This document shows, piece by piece, positions 55,113-64,000 of a DNA stretch of 64,000 nucleotides. Location: assembly GCA_965205505.1 (NCBI GenBank), contig CBDBHB010000009.1:2496001-2560000 (forward strand). The letters run 5' to 3'. Numbering within the stretch: the stretch's first letter is position 1; every line of letters begins with the position of its first letter. This DNA comes from Acidobacteriota bacterium (lineage in GTDB: Bacteria > Acidobacteriota > UBA890 > WLXD01). The translations under genes and the position numbers were made by a program. A model generated the notes under the pieces. It was given only the letters and a program-made list of their open reading frames with translations. It did no database searches and had not been told where the DNA came from.

Positions 55113-57140
55113 ATGACAAACGAGTTGCCATACGGGGACGCGGCCGCGGGCGGCACGGCATGCAGCTCGCTCTTGGCCGCGGCGAGCGTCGCCTCATTCG
55201 CCTACCTCGGCTGGCTCCTCTCAAACTCGCCGGAGATCAGCAAACAGAGCGTGTTTCTCTCTGGGATCGTGGTCTGGTTGACATGGTGCGCCTGGGCGAT
55301 CGCGCGGTTTCGTCCGGTCGGACAGCGGCTCGCGTTCTTCAGAGAGTACGCCGACGTTCACGTCTTATTGATCGTCCTGATTTACGGCTTTGCGGTGCTG
55401 CGGATGTCGCCGATCGGTATCACGAGCGACGGCGGCCTTTACTTCGGCTACCTTCGAAGCCTCGTCTTTGACGGCGACCTGCAGATCGGGCCTGAGCTCG
55501 AGTTCTTGCGGCAGACGGGGCGGCATCATTACGTGGTGCCCATCGGGCCAATGGCCGTCTGGGCGCCGCTTTACCTGGCCGTCTATCTGGTCGACACCAT
55601 CGCCCGTGTTCTCGGGTGGTCAGCTCCCCCGGCGTCGGCTGTAGAGCTCGGTCTAACTGGACCCTACGTGAGAGCGGCCTTATTCACCTCGTTCTTACTT
55701 GCGGCAGGCGGCCTTGTCGTCATGCACCTACGGCTGCGGCGCGAATTCCCACGGCTCACCGCCCTGACGGCAACGCTGCTCCTCTATGCGGGGACGACGC
55801 TTCTCTTCTACACGATCTACGAACCCTCCCTACCACACCCGGCTTCGTTCGGGCTCGCGGCGCTGTTCGTCGTGTACTCAGAGAGGCTGACGAGGGACCG
55901 CTCCCTCACCGGTCGAGACGCGATCTTGCTCGGGGGCCTCTATGGGCTAATGTGCGTCGTCCGGCCCCAGAACGCCCTCTTCATTGTCTTCCCCATTGCG
56001 TGGCAAAGCCGTGCTCTTGAGAAGCGCCTCTGTCTGCGCCCGGTACTCCTCTTCGCCCTCGGAGCCGCTCCTTTCGCCCTGCTGCAGGGGGCCATGGCCT
56101 ACGCGTTGCTGAGCCAACAGTCCTACTCGCTTCTAGGGGAAGGAGGGTATCTCCGGCCGTGGGATTCCCACTGGCTAGATGTGTTGTTCTCGTCCTGGCA
56201 CGGCCTCTTCTCCTGGACGCCGATCGCCTACGTCGCTTTTCTCGGAACCCTCCTGTACTGGCGCCGCAACCGACGCTGGTCGACCGCTGCACTCGCTGTT
56301 TTCGCGGCGATGTGCTGGGTGAATGGCAGCGCGGAGGATTGGCACGGATCGTGGGCTTTCGGGGCTCGCCGGTTCACCAGTACACTCGTGGTGCTCGCAC
56401 CCGGTCTGGCAGCGGCGGTCGCACTCGTGCGAAAACGCCCGATGCTGCTGATTGCCCCGGTAGCGGGCTTCGCGGCTCTGTGGAACTTCTATCTGATGGT
56501 GCAGTGGAACAAGGATTACATCCCGCGAGAAGCGCCGGTGTCATTCGAGAGAATCGCGGTACAGCAGGTGAGGTTCTTCTTTCAAGACTACTTCTATCCG
56601 TTCGTGTTCCCCGCCAACGTCGTATTCTCGTGGCGCGAAGGCTTGCCCTTGGATCGCTACGATCACTTGGCAGCGATTACTCAGACCTTCGGCGTCGGCT
56701 TCGACGCCGGGGCACGCGAATACCTGCTAAACGGATGGAGCCCCGTCAGGACCGATACTGCCGGCTCATTCCGGACCATGACCGCGGAAGAGGCCGTCGT
56801 GATCATCCCGCTCCGACCACCCACAGACCGCGTCGGAACCGTGGTCCTGGAGATCCGCGGCCGCGCGCTGTTGCCCGCGAGCGGTGAGGTGATACTGGTC
56901 GCTGTCGAGGTCGCAGAGCAACCCGTGGGCCGGATTGCGTTCGGCGAAGGGACCTTCGCTCATCGGCTACTGACACCTGCAGCTGCCTGGCGCACAGGGC
57001 TCAATCGCTTGACGATACGTCGCCTTGGGACCCTAAGAGGGCCGGCAAGCGAGGCTCTTCCGGGCTCAGCGGATCCGCTGCCTGCGCCCTCCGGAGAGGA
57101 TGGAGGCGTCGCCGTCTACAGCATCTGGGCGGGGAGCTAG
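55113..57140 (+). CDS. GT-C-type polytopic membrane glycosyltransferase
   Basis: SDG..YF.YLRSLVFDGDL, VRPQN, LFS.WHGLFSWTP, W.FGARRF; periplasmic C-terminal beta domain. Confidence 0.78.
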   Translation: MTNELPYGDAAAGGTACSSLLAAASVASFAYLGWLLSNSPEISKQSVFLSGIVVWLTWCAWAIARFRPVGQRLAFFREYADVHVLLIVLIYGFAVLRMSPIGITSDGGLYFGYLRSLVFDGDLQIGPELEFLRQTGRHHYVVPIGPMAVWAPLYLAVYLVDTIARVLGWSAPPASAVELGLTGPYVRAALFTSFLLAAGGLVVMHLRLRREFPRLTALTATLLLYAGTTLLFYTIYEPSLPHPASFGLAALFVVYSERLTRDRSLTGRDAILLGGLYGLMCVVRPQNALFIVFPIAWQSRALEKRLCLRPVLLFALGAAPFALLQGAMAYALLSQQSYSLLGEGGYLRPWDSHWLDVLFSSWHGLFSWTPIAYVAFLGTLLYWRRNRRWSTAALAVFAAMCWVNGSAEDWHGSWAFGARRFTSTLVVLAPGLAAAVALVRKRPMLLIAPVAGFAALWNFYLMVQWNKDYIPREAPVSFERIAVQQVRFFFQDYFYPFVFPANVVFSWREGLPLDRYDHLAAITQTFGVGFDAGAREYLLNGWSPVRTDTAGSFRTMTAEEAVVIIPLRPPTDRVGTVVLEIRGRALLPASGEVILVAVEVAEQPVGRIAFGEGTFAHRLLTPAAAWRTGLNRLTIRRLGTLRGPASEALPGSADPLPAPSGEDGGVAVYSIWAGS

Positions 57141-57167
57141 CTTGGTCGCGCAGTTAACTTGACAGTG

Positions 57168-57311
57168 CCCGACGTAGCCTCCTTCATCGGCGGCAGCGCC
57201 TGCTTGGTGGCGGTCGCCCTGGTGGCATGCCTGATCCCGGCGCTGCGAGCTATGCGTGTCGACCCCCAGGAAGTGCTGCGGGTCGAACAACGGACAGCGG
57301 CTGCCCACTGA
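57168..57311 (+). pseudogene. Second ADOP-type permease C-terminal relic
   Basis: Translates PDVASFIGGSACLVAVALVACLIPALRAMRVDPQEVLRVE. Confidence 0.7.
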
Positions 57312-57340
57312 TACGGATCATCAAACGCGCTGTGTCGCTT

Positions 57341-58072
57341 CTACTGCCGCACCATGGGGACGAACCGCACCTGGATGACGTGCTCCTGACGCACCTCTCC
57401 CTCATCGGTCTTGCGCAACAAAACCAGTTGCTGCACTCCGCCCTGGGGACCGACCGGTAACACCATCCTTCCCCCGGTGCGGAGCTGCTCAACCAGCGCC
57501 GCGGGGATCTCTGCCGGAGCAGCCGTCACGATCACCTTGTCGAACGGCGCCTCGTCGGGCCAACCCAGGTACCCATCGCCGTGGCGAACGTGGACGCGAT
57601 CGTAGCCGAGCTCACCGAGCAGCGCGGTCGCCGAGGCTGCCAGCTCCGAAACGATCTCGATGGTGAATACCTCCGAGCCCAGCTCGCCGAGCACGGCGGC
57701 CTGGTAGCCGGAGCCGGTACCGATCTCAAGCACGCGGTCGGTGGGTTGCGGATCGATCAGCTCGGTCATCAACGCTACGATATAGGGCTGCGAGATGGTC
57801 TGGTCGTAGCCGATCGGTAGCGGGTGGTTGGCATAGGCGAGGTGGCGGACGCCGTGCGGCACGAAGCGCTCTCGTGGTACGCGATCGAGCGCCTCGAGCA
57901 CAGCATCGCTCTCGATGCCCTGATCCCGTAGCTCCCGCAGCAAGGCAGCTCGCTCGACCGCGAGAGGCTCATCTTCTTGCTGACCTCCGGCGCGCCCTGC
58001 CTCGGCATCGGCTCGGCACCCGGCCGCCACCGCCGCGATCAATGTCAGCAGCAGGCACACCACCGCTCGCAC
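57341..58072 (-). CDS. pcm: Protein-L-isoaspartate O-methyltransferase with lipoprotein-like signal
   Basis: VPRERFV, QTISQPY, VLEIGTGSGYQAA, GDGYLGW...APFD, VRFVPM; start codon uncertain. Confidence 0.93.
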   Translation of the reverse strand: MRAVVCLLLTLIAAVAAGCRADAEAGRAGGQQEDEPLAVERAALLRELRDQGIESDAVLEALDRVPRERFVPHGVRHLAYANHPLPIGYDQTISQPYIVALMTELIDPQPTDRVLEIGTGSGYQAAVLGELGSEVFTIEIVSELAASATALLGELGYDRVHVRHGDGYLGWPDEAPFDKVIVTAAPAEIPAALVEQLRTGGRMVLPVGPQGGVQQLVLLRKTDEGEVRQEHVIQVRFVPMVRQ

Positions 58073-58453
58073 GTCTCGAGTGGCTGTCTTTCGACGAGCC
58101 TCGTTGTGGTGTCGGATGCGGTTTCGTCGGCGCGTCACGGGAAGGTCGACCGTTGACCATCGAATCATGGGCAGCTCGGCTGACCTGCCCCAAGTGTTCG
58201 AGCCACTTCGTAACCCATTGAATCGGTGCTGACAAGAGGTTGTTGGAGCCGGCGGAACGGAGACCCCCACGGGGTGGCCCCGAACCGCCAGCCCAACGGC
58301 CCCGTCACGGGGAATCAAACTCGCGACGGATTGTCTCGAACGGACACCCCGAAGCCCACCCGCAATAGAAACGCCTTCGGGGCATCTTTTGCGGTCGCGG
58401 AAAGTGTAAAGAATTGTCAGCTTCCGCCAAGATCCCAGACGAGATCGGGCTGG

Positions 58454-60646
58454 CTACGTGCCTCTCGGCAAGCCGTTGGGTACGAGCGGCAAAGCACGCA
58501 GACGGACGCCGGTGGCGTCGAAGATCGCGTTACCCACGGCCGGAGCGATACCCACAATCGGTGTCTCTCCGGCTCCTGCAGAGGGTAGATCCGGGCGATC
58601 GACAAGAATCGTCTCGATCTCCGGTACGTCGCTGAAACGCGGTACTCGGTAGTCGGAAAGGCGCGGGTTCAGGATGCGGCCGTTGTCGAAGCGAATGGCC
58701 TCGAAAAGCGCCCCGCCGAATCCCTGCACCAGGCCGCCTTCGACTTGACCGCGAAGGTGCGACGGATTGACGATCGCGCCGCACTCGAACGCTTGGACGG
58801 CTCGTAGAATGCGAACGTCGCCGGCCGACCCCACCTCGACCTCGGCGCAGCAGGCGACGTAGCCGCCTTTCTCGGTGCCGATGCCGATGCCGGCGCCGCG
58901 CCCTGGCGCCATCGAGCGGCCGGCCCAACCGAACGCGTCGGTCGCGGCGACTAGAACGTCGCGAAGTCGGCCGGCATCGAGATTGCGCAGCCGCATCTGC
59001 AACGGGTCGATACCGAGTGAGGCGGCAAGCTCGTCGATGGCGGTTTCGCGAGCGAAGACGTTGGCAGTTGCGGCCAGCCCGCGATAGGAGCCCTGCCGCA
59101 GCGGGTAATCGGTACGGTGGAAGTAGATGCCGCGGTTGACGACCTGATACGGAATCGCGATGGCAGAGGTGCCGGAGTTGTAGTTGTGAAACTCCCAGGC
59201 CGTAAGCGTCCCATCGGCCGCGGCGGCGGCCCTGACGTCGATGACGCCGGCCGGGCGGAAATAGGCCCAGGTGAACTCCTCCTCTCGAGTCCAGACCACA
59301 CGAACGGGCCTACCTGCCGCCCGTGCCAGGCGCGCCGCCTCGACAGCGGCCTCGCCGGTGTGCTTGCCGCCGTATCCCGATCCAGTGTCGGGCATGATCA
59401 CTCGCACCCGCGCTTCCGGCAAACGGAAGGCCTCCGCGAGCTCGGTGCGAACGCCGAACGGTCGCTGGGTACCCGTGTGAACCGTCAGGCCGTGCTCATT
59501 CCATGAGGCTACCGCGGCGCGGGGCTCCAGCGGCACGTGCTGGATGTAGGCGACCTCATACGTAGCCTCCAACGTCACCTCGGCGTTCTCGAACCCCTGC
59601 TCGAGCGAGCCTTCGACATCACGGCGCGAGCGCCCGAAGCCGCCTTCTTGCGACTCCTCGGTGACCTGAGTGCGCAGGTAGTCGAATAGCTCCCGATCAC
59701 CCGGCTGAGCTGACGACGACCATTCCACATCGATCGATGCAAGGGCCGCCTCTGCATCACTCAGCGTTCGGGCCGCAACTCCGACGAAGTCGCCGTCGTG
59801 GACGACGGTTACGCCCGTCATGGCCTCGGCCGCGGTAACGTCGATGCGGTTCAAGATGCCGTTGAGAGCCGTCGGTCGCAGCACCTTGCCGTGAAGCATG
59901 TCCGGAAACGTCACGTCGGATGGGTACAGGTGCTGGCCGGTGACGAACGCTCTGCCGCCCACCTTGGGCGCCGGAGTGCCGGAGACCGTCCAGCGAGTCG
60001 GGTCGGTCACAGCCTCGTCGTCGCGTACCGTCCGGAGGATCTCCCGTCCGCCCGTTAGCTCTCCGAAGCCCAAGCTGCGGCCGGAGGCGTCGTGCGCGAC
60101 CCGGCCGGCGGCCAACTCCAGATTCGTGGCGTCGATATTCAGCTGCTCAGCCGCCAGACCGAGCAGCGTTGCCCGCGCCGCCGCCGCCACCTTGCGGAGG
60201 TGAGACGACATGATCGGCGTGGTGAGGCTGCCAAACGTGCCCCGGTCGTAAGGCACCCGATCGGTATCGCCCATCACGAGTCGGACCGCGTCGGCGGGTA
60301 CGCGTAGCTCCTCACATACTGCCTGGGTCAGCGAAGTGCGGATGTTCTGACCTACCTCGACCTTGCCGGTATAGACGGTGACGGCGCCGGCCTCGTCGAT
60401 GTGCAGCCAGACGGCGACGTCACGCGGGAGCTCACCGCGCCGGCTGGCACGGCCAGATTCCTGTGCCTGCGAATCGCCTCCTAGCAAGAGCGCCACGGCG
60501 ACCCCGCCGCCGAGTACGCGGAAGACCTCCCGGCGGTCGAGAGCGAAGGCGCGGGCGGGGCGCTCCTCGAGCTCGTAGCGCTCGGGCTCCACGGGGGGAG
60601 TCGCGATCGGCTCGACGTCGGCAGGTTGTCGTGTCGTGCCGCTCAT
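58454..60646 (-). CDS. Xanthine dehydrogenase-family Mo-binding subunit (IorB-like)
   Basis: RREVF Tat-like signal, GKVEVGQ, GDTD, HVPLEP, GSGYGGK, YRGL, GAGETP. Confidence 0.92.
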   Translation of the reverse strand: MSGTTRQPADVEPIATPPVEPERYELEERPARAFALDRREVFRVLGGGVAVALLLGGDSQAQESGRASRRGELPRDVAVWLHIDEAGAVTVYTGKVEVGQNIRTSLTQAVCEELRVPADAVRLVMGDTDRVPYDRGTFGSLTTPIMSSHLRKVAAAARATLLGLAAEQLNIDATNLELAAGRVAHDASGRSLGFGELTGGREILRTVRDDEAVTDPTRWTVSGTPAPKVGGRAFVTGQHLYPSDVTFPDMLHGKVLRPTALNGILNRIDVTAAEAMTGVTVVHDGDFVGVAARTLSDAEAALASIDVEWSSSAQPGDRELFDYLRTQVTEESQEGGFGRSRRDVEGSLEQGFENAEVTLEATYEVAYIQHVPLEPRAAVASWNEHGLTVHTGTQRPFGVRTELAEAFRLPEARVRVIMPDTGSGYGGKHTGEAAVEAARLARAAGRPVRVVWTREEEFTWAYFRPAGVIDVRAAAAADGTLTAWEFHNYNSGTSAIAIPYQVVNRGIYFHRTDYPLRQGSYRGLAATANVFARETAIDELAASLGIDPLQMRLRNLDAGRLRDVLVAATDAFGWAGRSMAPGRGAGIGIGTEKGGYVACCAEVEVGSAGDVRILRAVQAFECGAIVNPSHLRGQVEGGLVQGFGGALFEAIRFDNGRILNPRLSDYRVPRFSDVPEIETILVDRPDLPSAGAGETPIVGIAPAVGNAIFDATGVRLRALPLVPNGLPRGT

Positions 60647-61173
60647 CGCTCCTTCTCGGGTACCGTTTCAGCCACAGATTGGATCGCCGCAACGATGCTT
60701 CGATAGACGCCGCAGCGGCAGATGTGGCCTTCCATGCGGCGGGCGATCTCACGACGTGACGGGTTCGGGTCACGTCGTAGCAGCGCCACGCCCGACATGA
60801 TCATTCCCGAGGTGCAGTAGCCGCACTGCAGCGCGTCCTGTTGGAGGAACGCCTGCTGCAATGGGTGCAGCCGGCCAGCCTGGGCGAGACCCTCGATCGT
60901 CGTGATCGCCCGGCCGGCAACATCGCCAACGGCGATAATGCACGATCGGCGCGGCGTACCGTCGACCAGCACGGTGCAGGCGCCGCACTGACCCTCGCCA
61001 CAGCCGTAGTGGCTTCCGGTGAGGCCCAGGTCGTCGCGCAACACCCACAGCAGCGGCTGGCGCGCATCGACATCCAGGGGAACGTCGGCGCCGTTTACGT
61101 TGATCGCCCCGACCCGTCGAGTCGATGACGTCGGCTCCGCTCCGCCGTTTTCCCCGCCAAGCGCGCTTTTCAT
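60643..61173 (-). CDS. (2Fe-2S)-binding small subunit (IorA-like)
   Basis: GCGEGQCGACTV..SC, QCGYCTSG, CRCG. Confidence 0.95.
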   Translation of the reverse strand: MKSALGGENGGAEPTSSTRRVGAINVNGADVPLDVDARQPLLWVLRDDLGLTGSHYGCGEGQCGACTVLVDGTPRRSCIIAVGDVAGRAITTIEGLAQAGRLHPLQQAFLQQDALQCGYCTSGMIMSGVALLRRDPNPSRREIARRMEGHICRCGVYRSIVAAIQSVAETVPEKER

Positions 61174-61237
61174 ATCACAGAGGCTACCGCTGTGGCTCGG
61201 TCCTCAACAAGGGACTCGCTAGCAATCCGATCTCGAG

Positions 61238-62023
61238 TCAGCGGCCCTTCCAGACCGGATCGCGCTTTTCGACAAACGCCTGCGCACCCTCGAGCTGATC
61301 TTGGCTGGCGTAAAGCACGTCGATAGTGCGCAACTGGCGTCCGTTGAGGCGGTTCATGGCGTCCTGGAAGCGCATGTCCTCAGACTCGCGTACAATTTCT
61401 TTGATAGCGGCGTAGACGAGGGGAGGGCCGGATTCGAGCAGCCGGGCAACCTCCCAGGCGCGAGGCATCAGCTGTTCCGCCGCGACGACCTCGTTGATGA
61501 GGCCCCAGCGATGGGCCTCGTCCGCATCCAGCCACCGACCCGTAAAAAGCATCTCCATGGCGATATGGTAGGGGATGCGTTTTGGGAGCTTCACGGAGGC
61601 GGCATCGGCCACAGTACCCGAGCGAATTTCTGGCAGCGCAAAGGTGGCGTGATCGGCGGCGATGAGAATGTCGCCGGAGATCGCCAGCTCCAGGCCGCCA
61701 CCGCAGCAGATGCCGTTGATGGCGCTGATGATCGGCTTGTTGAGATCGCGGAGCTCCTGGATACCGCCGAAACCGCCGACACCGTAGTCGCAGTCGACCG
61801 GATCGCCGGCCGCTGCGGCTTTCAGATCCCAACCGGCGCAGAAGAACTTCTTGCCTCCGCCGGTAACGATCGCGACTCGCAGGTCGGGGTCGTCGCGGAA
61901 GCTGGCGAAGATCTCGCCCATCGCTTGGCTGGTGGCTTGGTCGATCGCATTTGCCTTGGGGCGGTCCAGGGTAACTTCAAGCACACCGCCTTCGCGGCGG
62001 GTGCGGATCGGGTTATCGGTCAT
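61238..62023 (-). CDS. Crotonase-family enoyl-CoA hydratase (carnitinyl-CoA dehydratase-like)
   Basis: LDRPKANAID, FCAGWDLKA, GGGLEL, ALPE, EKRDPVWKG. Confidence 0.88.
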   Translation of the reverse strand: MTDNPIRTRREGGVLEVTLDRPKANAIDQATSQAMGEIFASFRDDPDLRVAIVTGGGKKFFCAGWDLKAAAAGDPVDCDYGVGGFGGIQELRDLNKPIISAINGICCGGGLELAISGDILIAADHATFALPEIRSGTVADAASVKLPKRIPYHIAMEMLFTGRWLDADEAHRWGLINEVVAAEQLMPRAWEVARLLESGPPLVYAAIKEIVRESEDMRFQDAMNRLNGRQLRTIDVLYASQDQLEGAQAFVEKRDPVWKGR

Positions 62024-62177
62024 GGTGTTCCTCGATCTGATCATCGCTTCGTTACCGAGACGGCTCGCGGCAGTCTGTCACATGTTCTGGCGGTGCTGGC
62101 CCAGACCGCCGCGGGCCGTTGCGAGCGCGAGCTCGCGGCACTATGTTGCGATCTTCTTCTCTACCTGGGAGCCACCG

Positions 62178-63674
62178 ATGACTGTTCAACGTCGTAGCCG
62201 CACGACCGAGCCGAGCGCGATGGCGATCCGCGCGGTTGCGGTTGTCGTATTTCTCTCCATGTCCACGCCGGTCTTGGCGAGCTATTGCGTCTACGTGGGC
62301 AAGAACCTCACCGCCGACGGCAGCGTCTTCCTCGGCGGATACGGCGACGAGCCCTCGAGCCATTGGTTGGAGATCGTGTCGGCACGGACTTTCGCCCCCG
62401 GCGCGATGACCCGAGTGGGTGTGACCGACCGTGCGAACTACCCCGGCGTGATGAGCGAGATACCGCAGCTGCCGCGGACGGCCAAGTACATCACCATGAA
62501 TTACTCGGAGTACGCCGGCTTCCCGGCGCCGCTCACCAATGGCGGGCTCAACGAGCACGGCGTGGCGGCGCGTGATGTGTGGTCGACGAGCCGCCAAGAG
62601 CTTCGCGACATGACGCCCAATCCGCAGACCGGGGGGCCGAACTACAGTGACCTGGCGCGTATCGTCATGGAGAGCGCGCACACGGCGCGCCACGCGGTGG
62701 AGATCGTCGGCGAGCTCATCGACCGGCACGGGTTCAGTACCTATGGCGGTAACTCCCACCTGTTCGCCGACGCCGACGAGGGATGGGTCTTCATCAATTT
62801 CGCGGGCGGGCAGGGACTTTGGGCGGCAGAGCGGCTGGGACCCGACGATATCCGCGTCTCGCGGCCCGGCTACATCCACGAGTTTCCGCTCGACTTCGAG
62901 AGCGACCCCGACTTCATGGCGTCGGACAACTTCATCAGCTTCGCGATCGAGCAGGGCTGGTACGACCCGGACTCCGGTGAGCCGTTCGACGTCACCGAGA
63001 TCTATGGTCAAGATGAGCGTCCGGGCGCGCCCACTGCGGAGCTCATCACGAAGAACCACCTCGGCGTTCACCACATCGAGGACCGGCTCCGTAACCTCGG
63101 ACGTCGCGTGACGCTCGAGGACATCATCGCCATCGTGCGCACGGGCGAGGTGACCCACGACAGCGCCGGCTACGGTCAGGTGGCGGAGCTCCGCAACGCC
63201 GAGCACCCGGAGCTGGCGGTTCTGTGGGTTGCGGCCACGACACCGGAGACAGCCCCCTTCGTCCCGTTCCGCATTGGCGTTACCGATGTCCCGCCCGAGC
63301 TCAAGTACCATCGGTACCTGAGCTCGGGGCAAGCGCGGGATGCCTACATCGATGAGGAGGTCAGGGGTCTCGAATCGACTCGCTTCGCGCTGCGCACCTA
63401 CAAACGACTCCGATACCTGATGGAAGAGCACGAGGAGAAGTTCCTCCCCGAGGTGACCGAGGCGCTGGTGGCGTTTGAAGGTCGTCTGATCGCCGAGCAG
63501 GCAGACGTGGAGCGTACTGCCTTGAAGCTCTTCGAAGCCGGCGAGTCCGAGCTGGCCCGCCGGTACCTGACCTACTACGCCGGCACCGAAGCGCTCAACG
63601 GTATGCGCCTCGGGGAGGCGCTAGCCGATGGCATCGAAGCGCGCACCAAGGCGATCTACGGAATTCGCCAGTGA
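62178..63674 (+). CDS. Secreted C69-family dipeptidase-like Ntn hydrolase
   Basis: Signal peptide ending VLA, SYCVYVGKNLTADGS, GLNEHGV, TARHAV..G.LI..HG, ADADEGW. Confidence 0.82.
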   Translation: MTVQRRSRTTEPSAMAIRAVAVVVFLSMSTPVLASYCVYVGKNLTADGSVFLGGYGDEPSSHWLEIVSARTFAPGAMTRVGVTDRANYPGVMSEIPQLPRTAKYITMNYSEYAGFPAPLTNGGLNEHGVAARDVWSTSRQELRDMTPNPQTGGPNYSDLARIVMESAHTARHAVEIVGELIDRHGFSTYGGNSHLFADADEGWVFINFAGGQGLWAAERLGPDDIRVSRPGYIHEFPLDFESDPDFMASDNFISFAIEQGWYDPDSGEPFDVTEIYGQDERPGAPTAELITKNHLGVHHIEDRLRNLGRRVTLEDIIAIVRTGEVTHDSAGYGQVAELRNAEHPELAVLWVAATTPETAPFVPFRIGVTDVPPELKYHRYLSSGQARDAYIDEEVRGLESTRFALRTYKRLRYLMEEHEEKFLPEVTEALVAFEGRLIAEQADVERTALKLFEAGESELARRYLTYYAGTEALNGMRLGEALADGIEARTKAIYGIRQ

Positions 63675-63705
63675 TGTCGCCCCGCGGTTGACGCGTCGTC
63701 GAGGG

Positions 63706-63733
63706 CCGCCACACTTCCACCACGGCCTGCTGG
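63706..63733 (+). repeat. Solo terminal repeat of MITE family A
   Basis: CCGCCACACTTCCACCACGGCCTGCTGG; first 19 nt identical to 32037-32055. Confidence 0.75.
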
Positions 63734-63778
63734 CACATCGGCGACCAGCTCGGCAATCTTCAGCCTCCGCTAGGCTGT

Positions 63779-64000
63779 TCAGGCGCCGAGCGCTTCGGCG
63801 ACCAGCTCGGCGACGTCCCGATCCTCGATGGCCGCCTCCTGGGCTCCCAGACCGTCCTCCATCATCGTCATGCAGAACGGGCATGCTGACGCGATGGTCG
63901 CGGGCTTGTCGCTATCGGCGGCTGACAACGCGGTACGGGCCTGGGCAATGCGAATGTCGTTGACGCGTTTCCCGGGCTCTTCCTCGAACCACATGAGCCC
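63779..64000 (-). CDS. C-terminus of CCG-domain Fe-S oxidoreductase (FadF/HdrD-like), partial
   Basis: MWFEE..G.RVN..R, ACPFCMTMMEDG, DVAELVA. Confidence 0.85.
   Translation of the reverse strand, partial: GLMWFEEEPGKRVNDIRIAQARTALSAADSDKPATIASACPFCMTMMEDGLGAQEAAIEDRDVAELVAEALGA

Noticed and set aside
54898-55116. 72-aa ORF before the GT-C gene
   Set aside because: Atypical composition and it spans the IS-like end; likely spurious

Overview
High-GC bacterial chromosomal window, probably Acidobacteriota (inferred from ADOP-type permease fragments and gene content; not verified). 1-47 kb is mostly core genes: hutUI, a ThuA plus SGNH/propeller/blue-copper lipoprotein pair, a 13-gene respiratory cluster (split heme-ci-type Rieske/cytochrome b complex, 8-heme cytochrome c, type-1-copper lipoprotein, ctaA/ctaB, DUF420, three uncharacterised upstream genes), apgM, mobA, aminotransferase-serA, icd-mdh-ndk, rseP-cdsA-galE-truA, def-fmt-rsmB-PASTA-rpe-bamD and thiD. 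It also holds tRNA-Ala(GGC), a SAM-I riboswitch ahead of metB and tRNA-Sec (selC). About 49-58 kb looks like a decayed integration hotspot: an integrase catalytic-motif relic, a 3' tRNA-Phe fragment, two permease C-terminal relics, an IS3-like end, and a glycosylation module in which two adjacent genes each carry an in-frame TAG. Two CTAG-flanked MITE families occur, one apparently inserted at the end of the other. At least eight genes have a -10 hexamer 6-7 nt before the start codon, suggesting leaderless mRNAs. No CRISPR array, rRNA or intact transposase/integrase was seen. All family calls are by eye from motifs; no searches were run.
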